From an uncultured Alphaproteobacteria bacterium (GTDB lineage Bacteria; Pseudomonadota; Alphaproteobacteria; RF32; CAG-239), in NCBI GenBank assembly GCA_944392865.1, contig CALXYD010000001.1:2705-66704 (forward strand): a DNA stretch of 64,000 bases, in the 5' to 3' direction. The notes beneath the pieces were generated by a model that was not told the origin of the DNA, did no database searches, and was given only the letters and a program-made list of their open reading frames with translations. Shown here piece by piece: positions 40,360 through 49,286 of the stretch (positions within the stretch are counted from its first letter, which is position 1; every line of letters starts with the position of its first letter). A program made the position numbers and the translations under genes.

Positions 40360-41306
40360 TAAAACGTCCTCTGCTGTTCATCTGGCATGGCGCGCAACGC
40401 TTCCTCCAATGCAGCGCTTTTTACCTTCGGAGCCATTACAATCAAGTTAACAATTTCATCGCCTGTACTGCTTGGCGTTTTAATTCCTTTGCCTTTCAGC
40501 CGCAATTTTTCTCCGCTTGAAGAATACGGAGGAATTGTAACATTAACCTTCCCGCTGATAGTCGGAACGGTAACTTTTCCACCCAATATGGCCTCTTTCA
40601 GTGAAATCGGCAAATCCATGACAATATTCTTCCCCTCTGCCGAAAAATACGGATGTGGTTTAACCGTAATTGTAATCAGTGCATCACCGTTTACACCACC
40701 ATTAACCCCGGCATATCCTTGCCCTTTTAACCGCAAAACCTGCCCGCTGGAAGTCCCGGCCGGAATCTTGACATTGAGGCGCTTTCCACCCATAAGCAGG
40801 CTTTTTTCAGCCCCTTTTGCCGCGTCCAGAAAATCCACCTCTAATGAATAAGCCGCATCTTGCCCTTTCTGCATCCGTCCCGCGCCGTATGTAGCTCCGT
40901 TAAAACCTCCGGCGCCACGACCGGAAAACTGGCTGAATATATCTTCCCCGAACAATGATGAAAAATCAAATCCGCTACCGCCGCCAAAACCGTTTGTCGT
41001 ATACGTCCGATAAGTGCCGTTTCCCGAACGAAACGCATCGCCAAAACCGTTTTGCCCAAAGCCGCCGGCAAATCCTGTCGGTTTTCCTTCCTCATCTATT
41101 TCATGATTGTCGTATTTCTGCCTTTTTTCTTTATCGCCCAATATATCGTATGCCGCAGAAATTTCCTTAAATTTCTCCGCTGCATTCTTATCGTCTTTAT
41201 TTAAATCCGGATGATATTTCCGCGCCAACTTCCGATATTGGGATTTTATCTCCGCTTCTGTTGCCGTTTTAGAAATACCCAATATATCATATAAATTTTT
41301 TGCCAT
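40359..41306 (-). CDS. cbpA: DnaJ-class co-chaperone lacking the zinc-finger domain (curved-DNA-binding protein CbpA-like)
   Basis: J-domain LYDILGISKTATEAEIKSQYRKLARKYHPDLN; G/F-rich linker; two C-terminal DnaJ_C beta domains; no CxxCxGxG repeats; 315 aa. Confidence 0.85.
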   Translation of the reverse strand: MAKNLYDILGISKTATEAEIKSQYRKLARKYHPDLNKDDKNAAEKFKEISAAYDILGDKEKRQKYDNHEIDEEGKPTGFAGGFGQNGFGDAFRSGNGTYRTYTTNGFGGGSGFDFSSLFGEDIFSQFSGRGAGGFNGATYGAGRMQKGQDAAYSLEVDFLDAAKGAEKSLLMGGKRLNVKIPAGTSSGQVLRLKGQGYAGVNGGVNGDALITITVKPHPYFSAEGKNIVMDLPISLKEAILGGKVTVPTISGKVNVTIPPYSSSGEKLRLKGKGIKTPSSTGDEIVNLIVMAPKVKSAALEEALRAMPDEQQRTF

Positions 41307-41344
41307 AGTACATTCCCTTCATTTACAATATAGGGAACGGCCTT

Positions 41345-41770
41345 TTAGATTGCAAGGCTGACACAATCAAACGTCGCCCGCATAAACCCGTTATGATACA
41401 AGTTGACTTCTCTCAGATAAGGCGACATTCCGTGTGCGACATCGGCACAATACAGCGAAGCCAAAGGCGAAATCTCGTCAACACGAACATTTTTATACTG
41501 ATAAGTAACAAAATCCGCCCCTTCATTTACCACAAAAACATCATTTCCGGTAATAACTGCATTTTCAGCAACATACGCCCCGTCAACATTCCCCGTTACC
41601 GGTTCCTCAATCCAAGCCGCCGAAATTTCCCCTGCCTTATTCGCGCCGATATTTTCGGTATAATATCCCTCATCAACAGGATTTGCCGTTTCATCCATCA
41701 GAATATACTCTGTTGTGCAGGCGTTCAATACCAAACAAGATATAACTAATGCAAAATATTTCTTCATCAA
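41345..41770 (-). CDS. Hypothetical lipoprotein
   Basis: Lipobox VLNAC; 141 aa. Confidence 0.5.
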   Translation of the reverse strand: MMKKYFALVISCLVLNACTTEYILMDETANPVDEGYYTENIGANKAGEISAAWIEEPVTGNVDGAYVAENAVITGNDVFVVNEGADFVTYQYKNVRVDEISPLASLYCADVAHGMSPYLREVNLYHNGFMRATFDCVSLAI

Positions 41771-41778
41771 AAGCCTCC

Positions 41779-42129
41779 TTATTTAAGTTCATTATATATT
41801 TCTTTGCCGGCACGCTCTAAAATCCGCATGATTTTCTGATTTTTGGCGCTGTTCGGTCTTGAATTGTCCAACTTCCCCCTCATTTCAATCAAATCTTGAT
41901 TAAAACGCTTATTTTTCCGTAAATCCGCAACATCGCGAAGCAAATCCGCATCATTTACCTTATGGTCGGCAATAACCTTCAACGTCACGATATACTTCGC
42001 CTGATTCTGAGCCGCCAGTTGTGCCTGTGCAGACGCTGTTGCACAGAATATAATAGCCATCGCCAATACCAAACATCTCACAACACTTCTCCTACAATAA
42101 AATTTTGCTTGCAATCGTATGACTATCAT
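41779..42129 (-). CDS. Small secreted hypothetical protein
   Basis: Signal peptide MAIIFCATASAQA (internal start); basic C-terminus. Confidence 0.4.
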   Translation of the reverse strand: MIVIRLQAKFYCRRSVVRCLVLAMAIIFCATASAQAQLAAQNQAKYIVTLKVIADHKVNDADLLRDVADLRKNKRFNQDLIEMRGKLDNSRPNSAKNQKIMRILERAGKEIYNELK

Positions 42130-42185
42130 ATATAACTTAATAAAACTTAAATATCATTTTCATCTGATAAAAAAAGGTAGCCGAA

Positions 42186-43163
42186 ATGAAAAAGAACATT
42201 TGGATTTTGACGGATAACCGCATCGGCAGCAAACATCAAGCCGAAGGAATTGCCGATTGCCTGGATAAAACAGTATTTCAAGCTATTGAAAAGAATTTGG
42301 TTTATACCAGACTTGCCGCACTGCCTAATTTTATCCGCGGCAAAAGCCTCATCGGTTTGGATAAATCATCAAAAGATTTGCTCGCTGCACCATATCCCGA
42401 TGTTGTTCTGTCATCTTCGCGCCGCACGGCTCCGATTGCCCGTTGGCTAAAAAAGCAAAATCCGAAAACAATTCTTATCCAATTAGGCCATATCGGCCAT
42501 ACCGGCATAAAAGACTTTTCTTTAATCTTCACCCCCGAACATGACAAAAACAAGTGCCATGCTCCGAATATCCGTTATACCATCGGTTGCCCGCACTTCA
42601 TAACTGCCGACAAACTAAATGAAGCACGCCAGAAGTGGCAGGAAAAATTTGCCCGCCTGCCACGACCATTGACGGCTGTTATTATCGGCGGCGCCATAAA
42701 AAAGCACAAATTCTCTTTAGAAAATGCTGAAAATTTAGCTTTAGCCGTCAAAAACCTAAAAGACCGCGAGGGAGGAAGTTTGCTGATTACTACATCACGC
42801 CGCACCGGAGCTGAAGCCGAACAAAAAATTATGTCTATTCTCGATTCTTATCCGCATTACGCCTATCTCTGGGGTGCAAAAGACGAAAATCCTTATCTTG
42901 GCTTTTTAGCCTGTGCCGACGATTTAGTCGTAACCGGCGATTCTGTTTCTATGTGCAGCGAAGCAACCGCCACCCGAAAACCTTTGCGCATCTTTTCGGG
43001 AAAAAACTGGCTAACCCCCAAACATCAACGTTTTATCCAATCATTGTATGATAGTGGTTACGCCATAGATTTATGCCATCCTGAAGAAGATATACAAACA
43101 CCGCAAAAACCGCTAAACACGGCACAAAACATTGCTGATGCCATATTGGATTTAACCCGCTGA
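42186..43163 (+). CDS. ELM1/GtrOC1-family (DUF1022) putative glycosyltransferase or nucleotide-sugar enzyme
   Basis: 325 aa; the N-terminal ILTDNRIGSKHQAEGIA and the overall architecture resemble ELM1-family proteins. Confidence 0.45.
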   Translation: MKKNIWILTDNRIGSKHQAEGIADCLDKTVFQAIEKNLVYTRLAALPNFIRGKSLIGLDKSSKDLLAAPYPDVVLSSSRRTAPIARWLKKQNPKTILIQLGHIGHTGIKDFSLIFTPEHDKNKCHAPNIRYTIGCPHFITADKLNEARQKWQEKFARLPRPLTAVIIGGAIKKHKFSLENAENLALAVKNLKDREGGSLLITTSRRTGAEAEQKIMSILDSYPHYAYLWGAKDENPYLGFLACADDLVVTGDSVSMCSEATATRKPLRIFSGKNWLTPKHQRFIQSLYDSGYAIDLCHPEEDIQTPQKPLNTAQNIADAILDLTR

Positions 43164-43173
43164 CGCAATAATA

Positions 43174-43716
43174 TCATTTGCCGTTTAATAAAATTCCGGT
43201 TTCTCCAAAAGAGCATCGGCTCTTTAATTCTTTTGCCGATTCGCAAACATCAAGCAACACCAAGATCTTCTCAAACAAACACCATACAGCGGAAATATTA
43301 ACCGCCGAGTTTTTTTTACCCGACCGACTGGCTTGCTGCAACTCACGATATGGATTCTCGCCTGCTTGCCATTCCATAAATTTTGCCTGTTTATCCCAAA
43401 AATCATCATCTTTTGATTTATATTGATAAGCACGATATATAGATGTATTCAGAAAATGTTTATCCGCTTCATTAAATTTCCCTTTTGACACCTTGCTATT
43501 TTTTATCATAGTCCTTTGCAACTCGGCAAAATTCCTTTTTAAATCCCCCTCGGACACACTTAAAACACGCTCTAGCAAAACGCCGCAATAATATGTAATT
43601 TTTTCATAAATATCAGCATCAACGTCTTCTGTTTCTTCAAAATAACGGATAATACATTTAGATTTAATCTGTTCACCTAATTGCTTTAAGTACAGCACAT
43701 CTTTACATAAATACAT
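43174..43716 (-). CDS. Hypothetical protein
   Basis: 180-aa ORF; no recognisable motif. Confidence 0.4.
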   Translation of the reverse strand: MYLCKDVLYLKQLGEQIKSKCIIRYFEETEDVDADIYEKITYYCGVLLERVLSVSEGDLKRNFAELQRTMIKNSKVSKGKFNEADKHFLNTSIYRAYQYKSKDDDFWDKQAKFMEWQAGENPYRELQQASRSGKKNSAVNISAVWCLFEKILVLLDVCESAKELKSRCSFGETGILLNGK

Positions 43717-43911
43717 ATCCCAAAATCCCCATTTATCATATCATTTACTCAACCTTATCATAAAATACACAATTTTTGCAACATAAATTTAAAAAAATTC
43801 TCCTATGGATAAACAGAAGTATTACAAAATAAACTAATTCTCTATAAAAATTTTACCAACCGTTAAATACAAATCGCCTAAACTGCACTATGTTTAAAAC
43901 TTTAGAAAGAT

Positions 43912-44313
43912 ATGATTATGAACACGCAACAACATTTAATTAACATCGCCAAAAAACTTGTAGGAAAATTTCCGCTCACAATAAAAGATAATAACGCCGG
44001 CGGCGTTGCCGCTGCACTCATTTCATCAGAAGGACACGTTTATAGCGGAATATGTATGAACATAAATTGCAGCCTCGGTTTTTGCGCCGAAGCCGCTGCA
44101 ATTGCCGAAATGCTAAAACACCGGGAAACCCAAATAGAAATGATTGTTGCCATACATTACCGCAAAAAGCAAATCATTACTCCATGCGGCCGTTGCCGGG
44201 AGTTATTATATCAAATCAACCCATTAAACTTAAACACAAAAATAATTACGAGTTCAACTGAAACCAAATCTCTCCGGGAATTGCTTCCTAATGTCTGGCT
44301 AAGCCAAATATAA
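43912..44313 (+). CDS. Cytidine deaminase family protein, blasticidin-S-deaminase-like
   Basis: Zinc-binding C(A/P)E (GFCAEAAAIAEML) and PCGRCRELL motifs; C-terminal SLRELLPNVW resembles BSD (IRELLPSGY); about 130 aa. Confidence 0.7.
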   Translation: MIMNTQQHLINIAKKLVGKFPLTIKDNNAGGVAAALISSEGHVYSGICMNINCSLGFCAEAAAIAEMLKHRETQIEMIVAIHYRKKQIITPCGRCRELLYQINPLNLNTKIITSSTETKSLRELLPNVWLSQI

Positions 44314-44406
44314 AAAGCTCTAATTATTTTCAATACGCCACAAATAATGGTTGCATATTATATTTATTTCCCCATAATAAAGAAAACAAATAAAAAGGAG
44401 AATAAT

Positions 44407-44694
44407 ATGTCTGCATTCAAAAACCGTGTCGTTTCAATTTATAACCACAAAACCAGTATGCGTATGGCCGATGCAGAATGGTCAGCTTTTGATACAATCT
44501 GCCAAAGGGAAGAAAAAACGCGTAAACAACTCTTGGAAGTCATAGATACTTGCAAAGACCCTCACCGTGGTTTAACTTTTTCCGTCCGACTATTTACATT
44601 AACTTACTTCCGGCTTGTCTGTGAAAACAATCACAAGCACCCAAATACCCCAAAGCCTGATTTAATCAGGGAGGCCTTAAAAAACATTGTTTGA
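44407..44694 (+). CDS. RHH_4/COG4321-like ribbon-helix-helix protein (paralog of 48853..49134)
   Basis: MSAFKNRVVSIYNHKTSMRMADAEWSAFDTIC...LTFSVRLFTLTYF matches the HxTS..L....W.a...I...LS..VRvF.L.Y pattern of RHH_4 proteins; start taken at the Met preceded by AGGAG. Confidence 0.6.
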   Translation: MSAFKNRVVSIYNHKTSMRMADAEWSAFDTICQREEKTRKQLLEVIDTCKDPHRGLTFSVRLFTLTYFRLVCENNHKHPNTPKPDLIREALKNIV

Positions 44695-44783
44695 CATACC
44701 TTCAGCCATAAACGAAACAAATTAAACGTCATACAAAATTTCACTTGCATTTTATCGTATGCGGATATATAGAAAGAGAAGTT

Positions 44784-44860
44784 CGGGACGTAGTTCAGCC
44801 TGGTAGAGCGCTTGCATGGGGTGCAAGAAGTCGGAGGTTCAAATCCTCTCGTCCCGACCA
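44784..44860 (+). tRNA. tRNA-Pro (anticodon GGG), 77 nt with encoded CCA
   Basis: Acceptor CGGGACG/CGTCCCG, D-stem GTTC/GAGC, anticodon stem CTTGC/GCAAG with loop ATGGGGT, T-stem GGAGG/CCTCT with loop TTCAAAT. Confidence 0.8.
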
Positions 44861-44934
44861 GAATCACCAACTCCGCCTAAATCAAAGAATTTATATGCAT
44901 CAATATAGCAAAAGCATTTCTCGCTTAAGCATAT

Positions 44935-45696
44935 CTAACTCATTATTTTATCAATTATAGTAATAATATCTTTATTGTGGTTCCTACTTAATATACCAAA
45001 AATTCGTAATATTTCTAAAAAAATACTTATGTTATCGGAATTAATTTCAAAATCAGCTGTTTCCTTCGTCTTAGCCACTCGCCCGATTAGCGGATCCGAA
45101 GCTTTTAATTCCGTTACCGGAAAACAAAAATATAACATCGGCTGAACGCCAATTGCATATTGCCTTTCCGTTACTTTAATTTCCGTTAATACATCATAAT
45201 GTCCGAATTTATGCACCAGTATCGGATACTTCACCTGGGTATAGAAAAAATCTATTCCCAAAACTCGTTTATTCACGGGATGGCTACGCTCGATGGCAAA
45301 ATTATTAGGATTATCAATAAAATCATCATCCGAAAGAGAATGTAAAAAAGACTTTACGTCTAATAATTTATCTTTGGATAACACACCCCATTTATAAAAA
45401 TAATAAAGATACTCGGATAACTCATAAATCGTTTTTTCTTTTCCATTTGCTCCCATAAACAGCAGATTTTTAACCGTTGTCAATTTCAACTTATCTTCAT
45501 CAGAAACTATAACATCATACCCAATTTGCCATTCAACATAACAATCTAAAGAAAAACATACCGATTTCGTTGAAACGGGTATCCCATACTCATTAAAACA
45601 ACTTCTCTTTTTGATCCTTGTCTTCTCTGTGCCTTTCGTCAACGGAATTGCCACAACTATTTTTTTGCTTTGGTTATTCAGCTCTTTTATCCACAT
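44935..45696 (-). CDS. Putative type II restriction endonuclease (PD-(D/E)xK-like)
   Basis: 253-aa ORF; its start overlaps the methyltransferase stop by 23 nt; the candidate catalytic motif HYD...TEIK is a D..ExK; AT-rich relative to its neighbours. Confidence 0.45.
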   Translation of the reverse strand: MWIKELNNQSKKIVVAIPLTKGTEKTRIKKRSCFNEYGIPVSTKSVCFSLDCYVEWQIGYDVIVSDEDKLKLTTVKNLLFMGANGKEKTIYELSEYLYYFYKWGVLSKDKLLDVKSFLHSLSDDDFIDNPNNFAIERSHPVNKRVLGIDFFYTQVKYPILVHKFGHYDVLTEIKVTERQYAIGVQPMLYFCFPVTELKASDPLIGRVAKTKETADFEINSDNISIFLEILRIFGILSRNHNKDIITIIDKIMS

Positions 45697-46831
45697 AATG
45701 TTCTCCCAATAAATTCTGAAAATAGATATTTATGTTTAAAATATCACCTTCGGTAACCTCTCCTTCCTGTAAAAGCCCCTTCAAAAAGGAGTATTTAGAA
45801 AGGCTTTTGCGCAAAAAAGATTTTTCAATACGTTTAAACGAATCGAAATCTATCATTACATCACTATTCCCGAAATAATAAGGCACATGCGGAATATACT
45901 CCTTAAACACATCGGCATAACAATATAATGACAGTTTTTCTTTAGGAACACGAATTGAGCTATAAATCTCCCGCTCTATAAACGTTTTTGTCCTTTTTAA
46001 GGCATTTATATCTCTCATTGTCCAAAAAAACGCAACTGAATCATCTAAAGACAAACACTTATGATTAGGATACTTGGTAACATAGTTACAAAGCTTATCA
46101 AAACTAGCTATCTTAAACGCTTTATTATTTGCCGTCTTAAACACATAATTTTGTATAAAATTATAATCCATTCCGATTTTGTCATGTTTATAGAGAGCAA
46201 CAATAATTGGAAAATGAGTCGTTTTTGAAGTCGCTTGAAACTCGCCACTGCTTATTATTACCGAATCAATTAGTTTATAGTTATCCTTAAACGCGCATAG
46301 ACTGACAAAATTAGCTTTTTTTATCAAATATGATAAAGGATGCAAAACACAAATATAATCCACTTTCAATTTTTCATATGAAAGCAAAAAAGAAATACCC
46401 ATATCTCTATGCTTTATTTCTCTATCTACCATACACATTTCTGACTTAATACCGTTACGTATAATAGATGTTACATCATTATAGGGTGGATTCCCGACAA
46501 TAATCACTCTATCGTTCTCTGATAAGCCATATTGTTTTCGGTCTATATCAACCAAACTATTATGACAGTAAAATTGGCAATTATTAGCTTGCTTACGAGC
46601 CACTTCAATAGCTTTTTCATCACAATCGGCACCCACCGAATTAGGAACACGTAAAAAATTTCCATACCCACACGACGTATCAACAATACGAAAATCAGCC
46701 CATTTCGGTATATTCTTTTGAATAAGAGCATACACCATATCAACGATGCAGGAAGGAGTATAATAACTTCCAAAATTTACAGTATCAACATAGCTTAAAT
46801 GCTTTTGTTCCGCCATCTTTACTCCAACCAA
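45674..46831 (-). CDS. N6-adenine DNA methyltransferase (gamma-class, type II)
   Basis: Motif X GSYYTP, motif I VDTSCGYGNFL (FxGxG-like) and motif IV IVGNPPYN (NPPY) in gamma-class order, with a C-terminal target-recognition region; 385 aa. Confidence 0.8.
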   Translation of the reverse strand: MVGVKMAEQKHLSYVDTVNFGSYYTPSCIVDMVYALIQKNIPKWADFRIVDTSCGYGNFLRVPNSVGADCDEKAIEVARKQANNCQFYCHNSLVDIDRKQYGLSENDRVIIVGNPPYNDVTSIIRNGIKSEMCMVDREIKHRDMGISFLLSYEKLKVDYICVLHPLSYLIKKANFVSLCAFKDNYKLIDSVIISSGEFQATSKTTHFPIIVALYKHDKIGMDYNFIQNYVFKTANNKAFKIASFDKLCNYVTKYPNHKCLSLDDSVAFFWTMRDINALKRTKTFIEREIYSSIRVPKEKLSLYCYADVFKEYIPHVPYYFGNSDVMIDFDSFKRIEKSFLRKSLSKYSFLKGLLQEGEVTEGDILNINIYFQNLLGEHYVDKRAE

Positions 46832-47634
46832 AATTCAATTGTTGAAACAACCCGAACGGTTTTATCTATCTGCTGCGCTTCATAGCTTCCCGACACCTGT
46901 TCGCGTGGCAAAATAGAGAACACGCCTTGATTCGCCCGCCGGATTTTTCCCACCTTACTATCGGAACTCTTAGCAAACTCATACGCCGCTTCTTTCGCAT
47001 TTTTCGTTGCCTGCTCCAACATCTGAGGTTTTATTTCATTCAAACGGGTAAAGATATATGAAACAGGATCACCGTATGAATTGCTGTCAAAAATAATACC
47101 TTTGCTGATTAACTCATCTGTCTCCGGCAAAGATTTTTCCACCAAATCAACATTACCGGTTTTAACGGTAATCGTCTGCAATAAAATAAACCGTGAATTA
47201 TTCACATTATTGCCGCGATACGGATTCGCCATCAAATCATTTGTTTCAATCCGTCCGACTTTAATCTCATCATCTTTGAAACCTTGTTTCTGTAAAAATT
47301 CATAAATAGACTCTGCCTGCGCGGTAATTTTTTTCTGTGCCGCTGCAAGCTCATTTCCGGTAATCACAAATTTCAGCTTCCAAATAGCCGTATCCGCACG
47401 GACGTTCATCTCCGATAACCCTTTAACCGTAACGGAATTATTGTTAATCTTCGCTTGATAATAGTAATATCCGGGAAAAAATCCGCCAACAACCAAGCCA
47501 AGCGCTAAAAAAATTGAGGAAATCACTTTTGTCATCGCTAACTCCTTTATATATACATGATTATTAAAATATATCAGCATAACTTTATTTAGCAACCCTA
47601 AAATACCATCGCACCTTAAACTATAGTTACGCAA
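46819..47634 (-). CDS. SIMPL-domain (DUF541/YggE-like) periplasmic protein; the likely start is the internal Met (MTKVISSIFLALGL)
   Basis: Signal/TM plus the conserved SIMPL blocks (...VTVKGLSEMNVRADTAIWKLKFV..., ...GKIRRANQG...); overlaps the methyltransferase start. Confidence 0.65.
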   Translation of the reverse strand: MRNYSLRCDGILGLLNKVMLIYFNNHVYIKELAMTKVISSIFLALGLVVGGFFPGYYYYQAKINNNSVTVKGLSEMNVRADTAIWKLKFVITGNELAAAQKKITAQAESIYEFLQKQGFKDDEIKVGRIETNDLMANPYRGNNVNNSRFILLQTITVKTGNVDLVEKSLPETDELISKGIIFDSNSYGDPVSYIFTRLNEIKPQMLEQATKNAKEAAYEFAKSSDSKVGKIRRANQGVFSILPREQVSGSYEAQQIDKTVRVVSTIEFWLE

Positions 47635-47651
47635 GACACTTCATATTGCAA

Positions 47652-48230
47652 TTATGCACTTTTTCCCATTTTATAAGCTTCTTCCATAGCAGGCGACCCC
47701 ATAATATCTCCAATCTGCCATGCACCCGTTCCGTAAATAATGCCTTTTTCTTTCGCTCCGTCCAAACAGTCTTCCGTAAATCCTCTAAAACTTTGAATAA
47801 CCTTTTGCATATTTGCCTGGCTCTCATCGGCGGCGGCAAGAATATAATAGAAATCCTTATTGCGCATTTCCTCATACCGAGGAACGGTACGGTCAATGAG
47901 CGTTTTCATCTGCCCGTTCATATTATAAAAATAAACCGGAGTCGCCAAAACAATAACATCAGCTTCAATCATTTTATCCAAAATCACGGCCATATCATCT
48001 TTTTGCACACATTTGTGCGTTATATTGCACGCCCCGCACCCCCGGCAAAAATTGATTTTATAATCATTTACAAAAATTTTCTCCACATCGTTTCCCGCCT
48101 CTTGTGCACCACGAATAAATTGGTCACAAAGCGTATCAGAATTTCCGCCTTTGCGAAAGCTGGAAGAAATCGCCAAAATTTTTTTACTCATACCATACCT
48201 CTCTTCAAATACACATCCCAAATACCGCAA
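47652..48230 (-). CDS. NADPH-dependent FMN reductase / iron-sulfur flavoprotein-like
   Basis: MSKKILAISSSFRKGGNSDTL is the flavodoxin-like FMN_red N-terminus; CRGCGAC cysteine cluster; about 180 aa. Confidence 0.75.
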   Translation of the reverse strand: MRYLGCVFEERYGMSKKILAISSSFRKGGNSDTLCDQFIRGAQEAGNDVEKIFVNDYKINFCRGCGACNITHKCVQKDDMAVILDKMIEADVIVLATPVYFYNMNGQMKTLIDRTVPRYEEMRNKDFYYILAAADESQANMQKVIQSFRGFTEDCLDGAKEKGIIYGTGAWQIGDIMGSPAMEEAYKMGKSA

Positions 48231-48419
48231 GATATTTAATCTTAAAATAATGCGATATACCTAAAAAACAACCTTATCATAACTTTTCGAGTAACCTCTA
48301 AGTCAAGAACATTTTTTACCATACCAAACAATATTTCCACTTAAAGTTCGCTCTATGTTTATGCTTTTAAATTGACAATCATTCTCAACCGCATATAATA
48401 ACGCCAAAGGAGATAAAAT

Positions 48420-48851
48420 ATGCGTTATACTATCGGACAAGTTGCCAAAAAGCTGGGCTTAACCGCCCATACTCTGCGTTATTATGACAAAGAAGGATTA
48501 TTGCCATCCGTAAAAAAAGGCTCGTCCGGCGCCCGTATTTTCAATGATGAAGATATTGACTGGCTTATTATTGTCGAATGCCTCAAAGGAACGGGAATGC
48601 AACTAAAAGACATTAAGAAGTATATTGATTTATGCCAAAAAGGCGATTCTACCTTGGCCACCCGCTTGGAACTTTTTAAACAACAAAAAAGACAACTGGA
48701 AGAAAAATTGGCGCAATTCCAACAATATATGGAAAAAATAAATTACAAAATTGCATATTATACCGAAGCTGTTGCCAAAGGTAGCGTAGACGTTTGCAAA
48801 CAGAATAAATGCCTTGCTGCCGAAAAAGAACGCCTGTTCGGGCACAAATAA
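48420..48851 (+). CDS. MerR family transcriptional regulator
   Basis: HTH YTIGQVAKKLGLTAHTLRYYDKEGLL; C-terminal coiled coil; promoter TTGACA-16-TATAAT at 48373-48400. Confidence 0.85.
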   Translation: MRYTIGQVAKKLGLTAHTLRYYDKEGLLPSVKKGSSGARIFNDEDIDWLIIVECLKGTGMQLKDIKKYIDLCQKGDSTLATRLELFKQQKRQLEEKLAQFQQYMEKINYKIAYYTEAVAKGSVDVCKQNKCLAAEKERLFGHK

Positions 48852-48852
48852 T

Positions 48853-49134
48853 TTAGGCTATCCCGCGAATAGCCTCAAAAATAGGTAACACACCGTTACG
48901 CTCGTTTTCATCTGCAGAAAACAACTTGTAAAAATAAATAAGCGAAAATAACCGAACCGAACAAGTTAGCCCGAGTTTGGAGTTTTTTCGCGCATTTATC
49001 AATTCTATCAAGTAATTCTTTTTAATATTTTCCTTCTGACAAATAATATCAAACGCATCCCACTCTGCCCTGGCGAGTCGGATACTTGTTTTATGATTAT
49101 CCACCCAAACAACTCTATTCAAAATATCAGCCAT
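48853..49134 (-). CDS. RHH_4/COG4321-like ribbon-helix-helix protein (paralog of 44407..44694, inverted orientation)
   Basis: MADILNRVVWVDNHKTSIRLARAEWDAFDIICQKE...LTCSVRLFSLIYF; about 50% identical to the other copy. Confidence 0.6.
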   Translation of the reverse strand: MADILNRVVWVDNHKTSIRLARAEWDAFDIICQKENIKKNYLIELINARKNSKLGLTCSVRLFSLIYFYKLFSADENERNGVLPIFEAIRGIA

Positions 49135-49286
49135 CTTTTTTCCTTTACTTATTTATCGCTAAATAAACTATTACTATTATTTATTTTATATTTCAACTAT
49201 TATTTTACCTAAATCAAATTTAAATTTTACAAATCGTAATTTTAAATTAAGTTTTTACGGATTATCATCTTATAAAACAAAGAAAT

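Noticed and set aside
48231-48419. Intergenic region between the FMN-reductase and MerR genes as a MerR-type operator with a 19-20-bp spacer promoter
   Set aside because: The obvious promoter for merR has a normal 16-bp spacer (TTGACA-16-TATAAT). No dyad typical of MerR operators between -35 and -10 was evident on the flavoprotein side.
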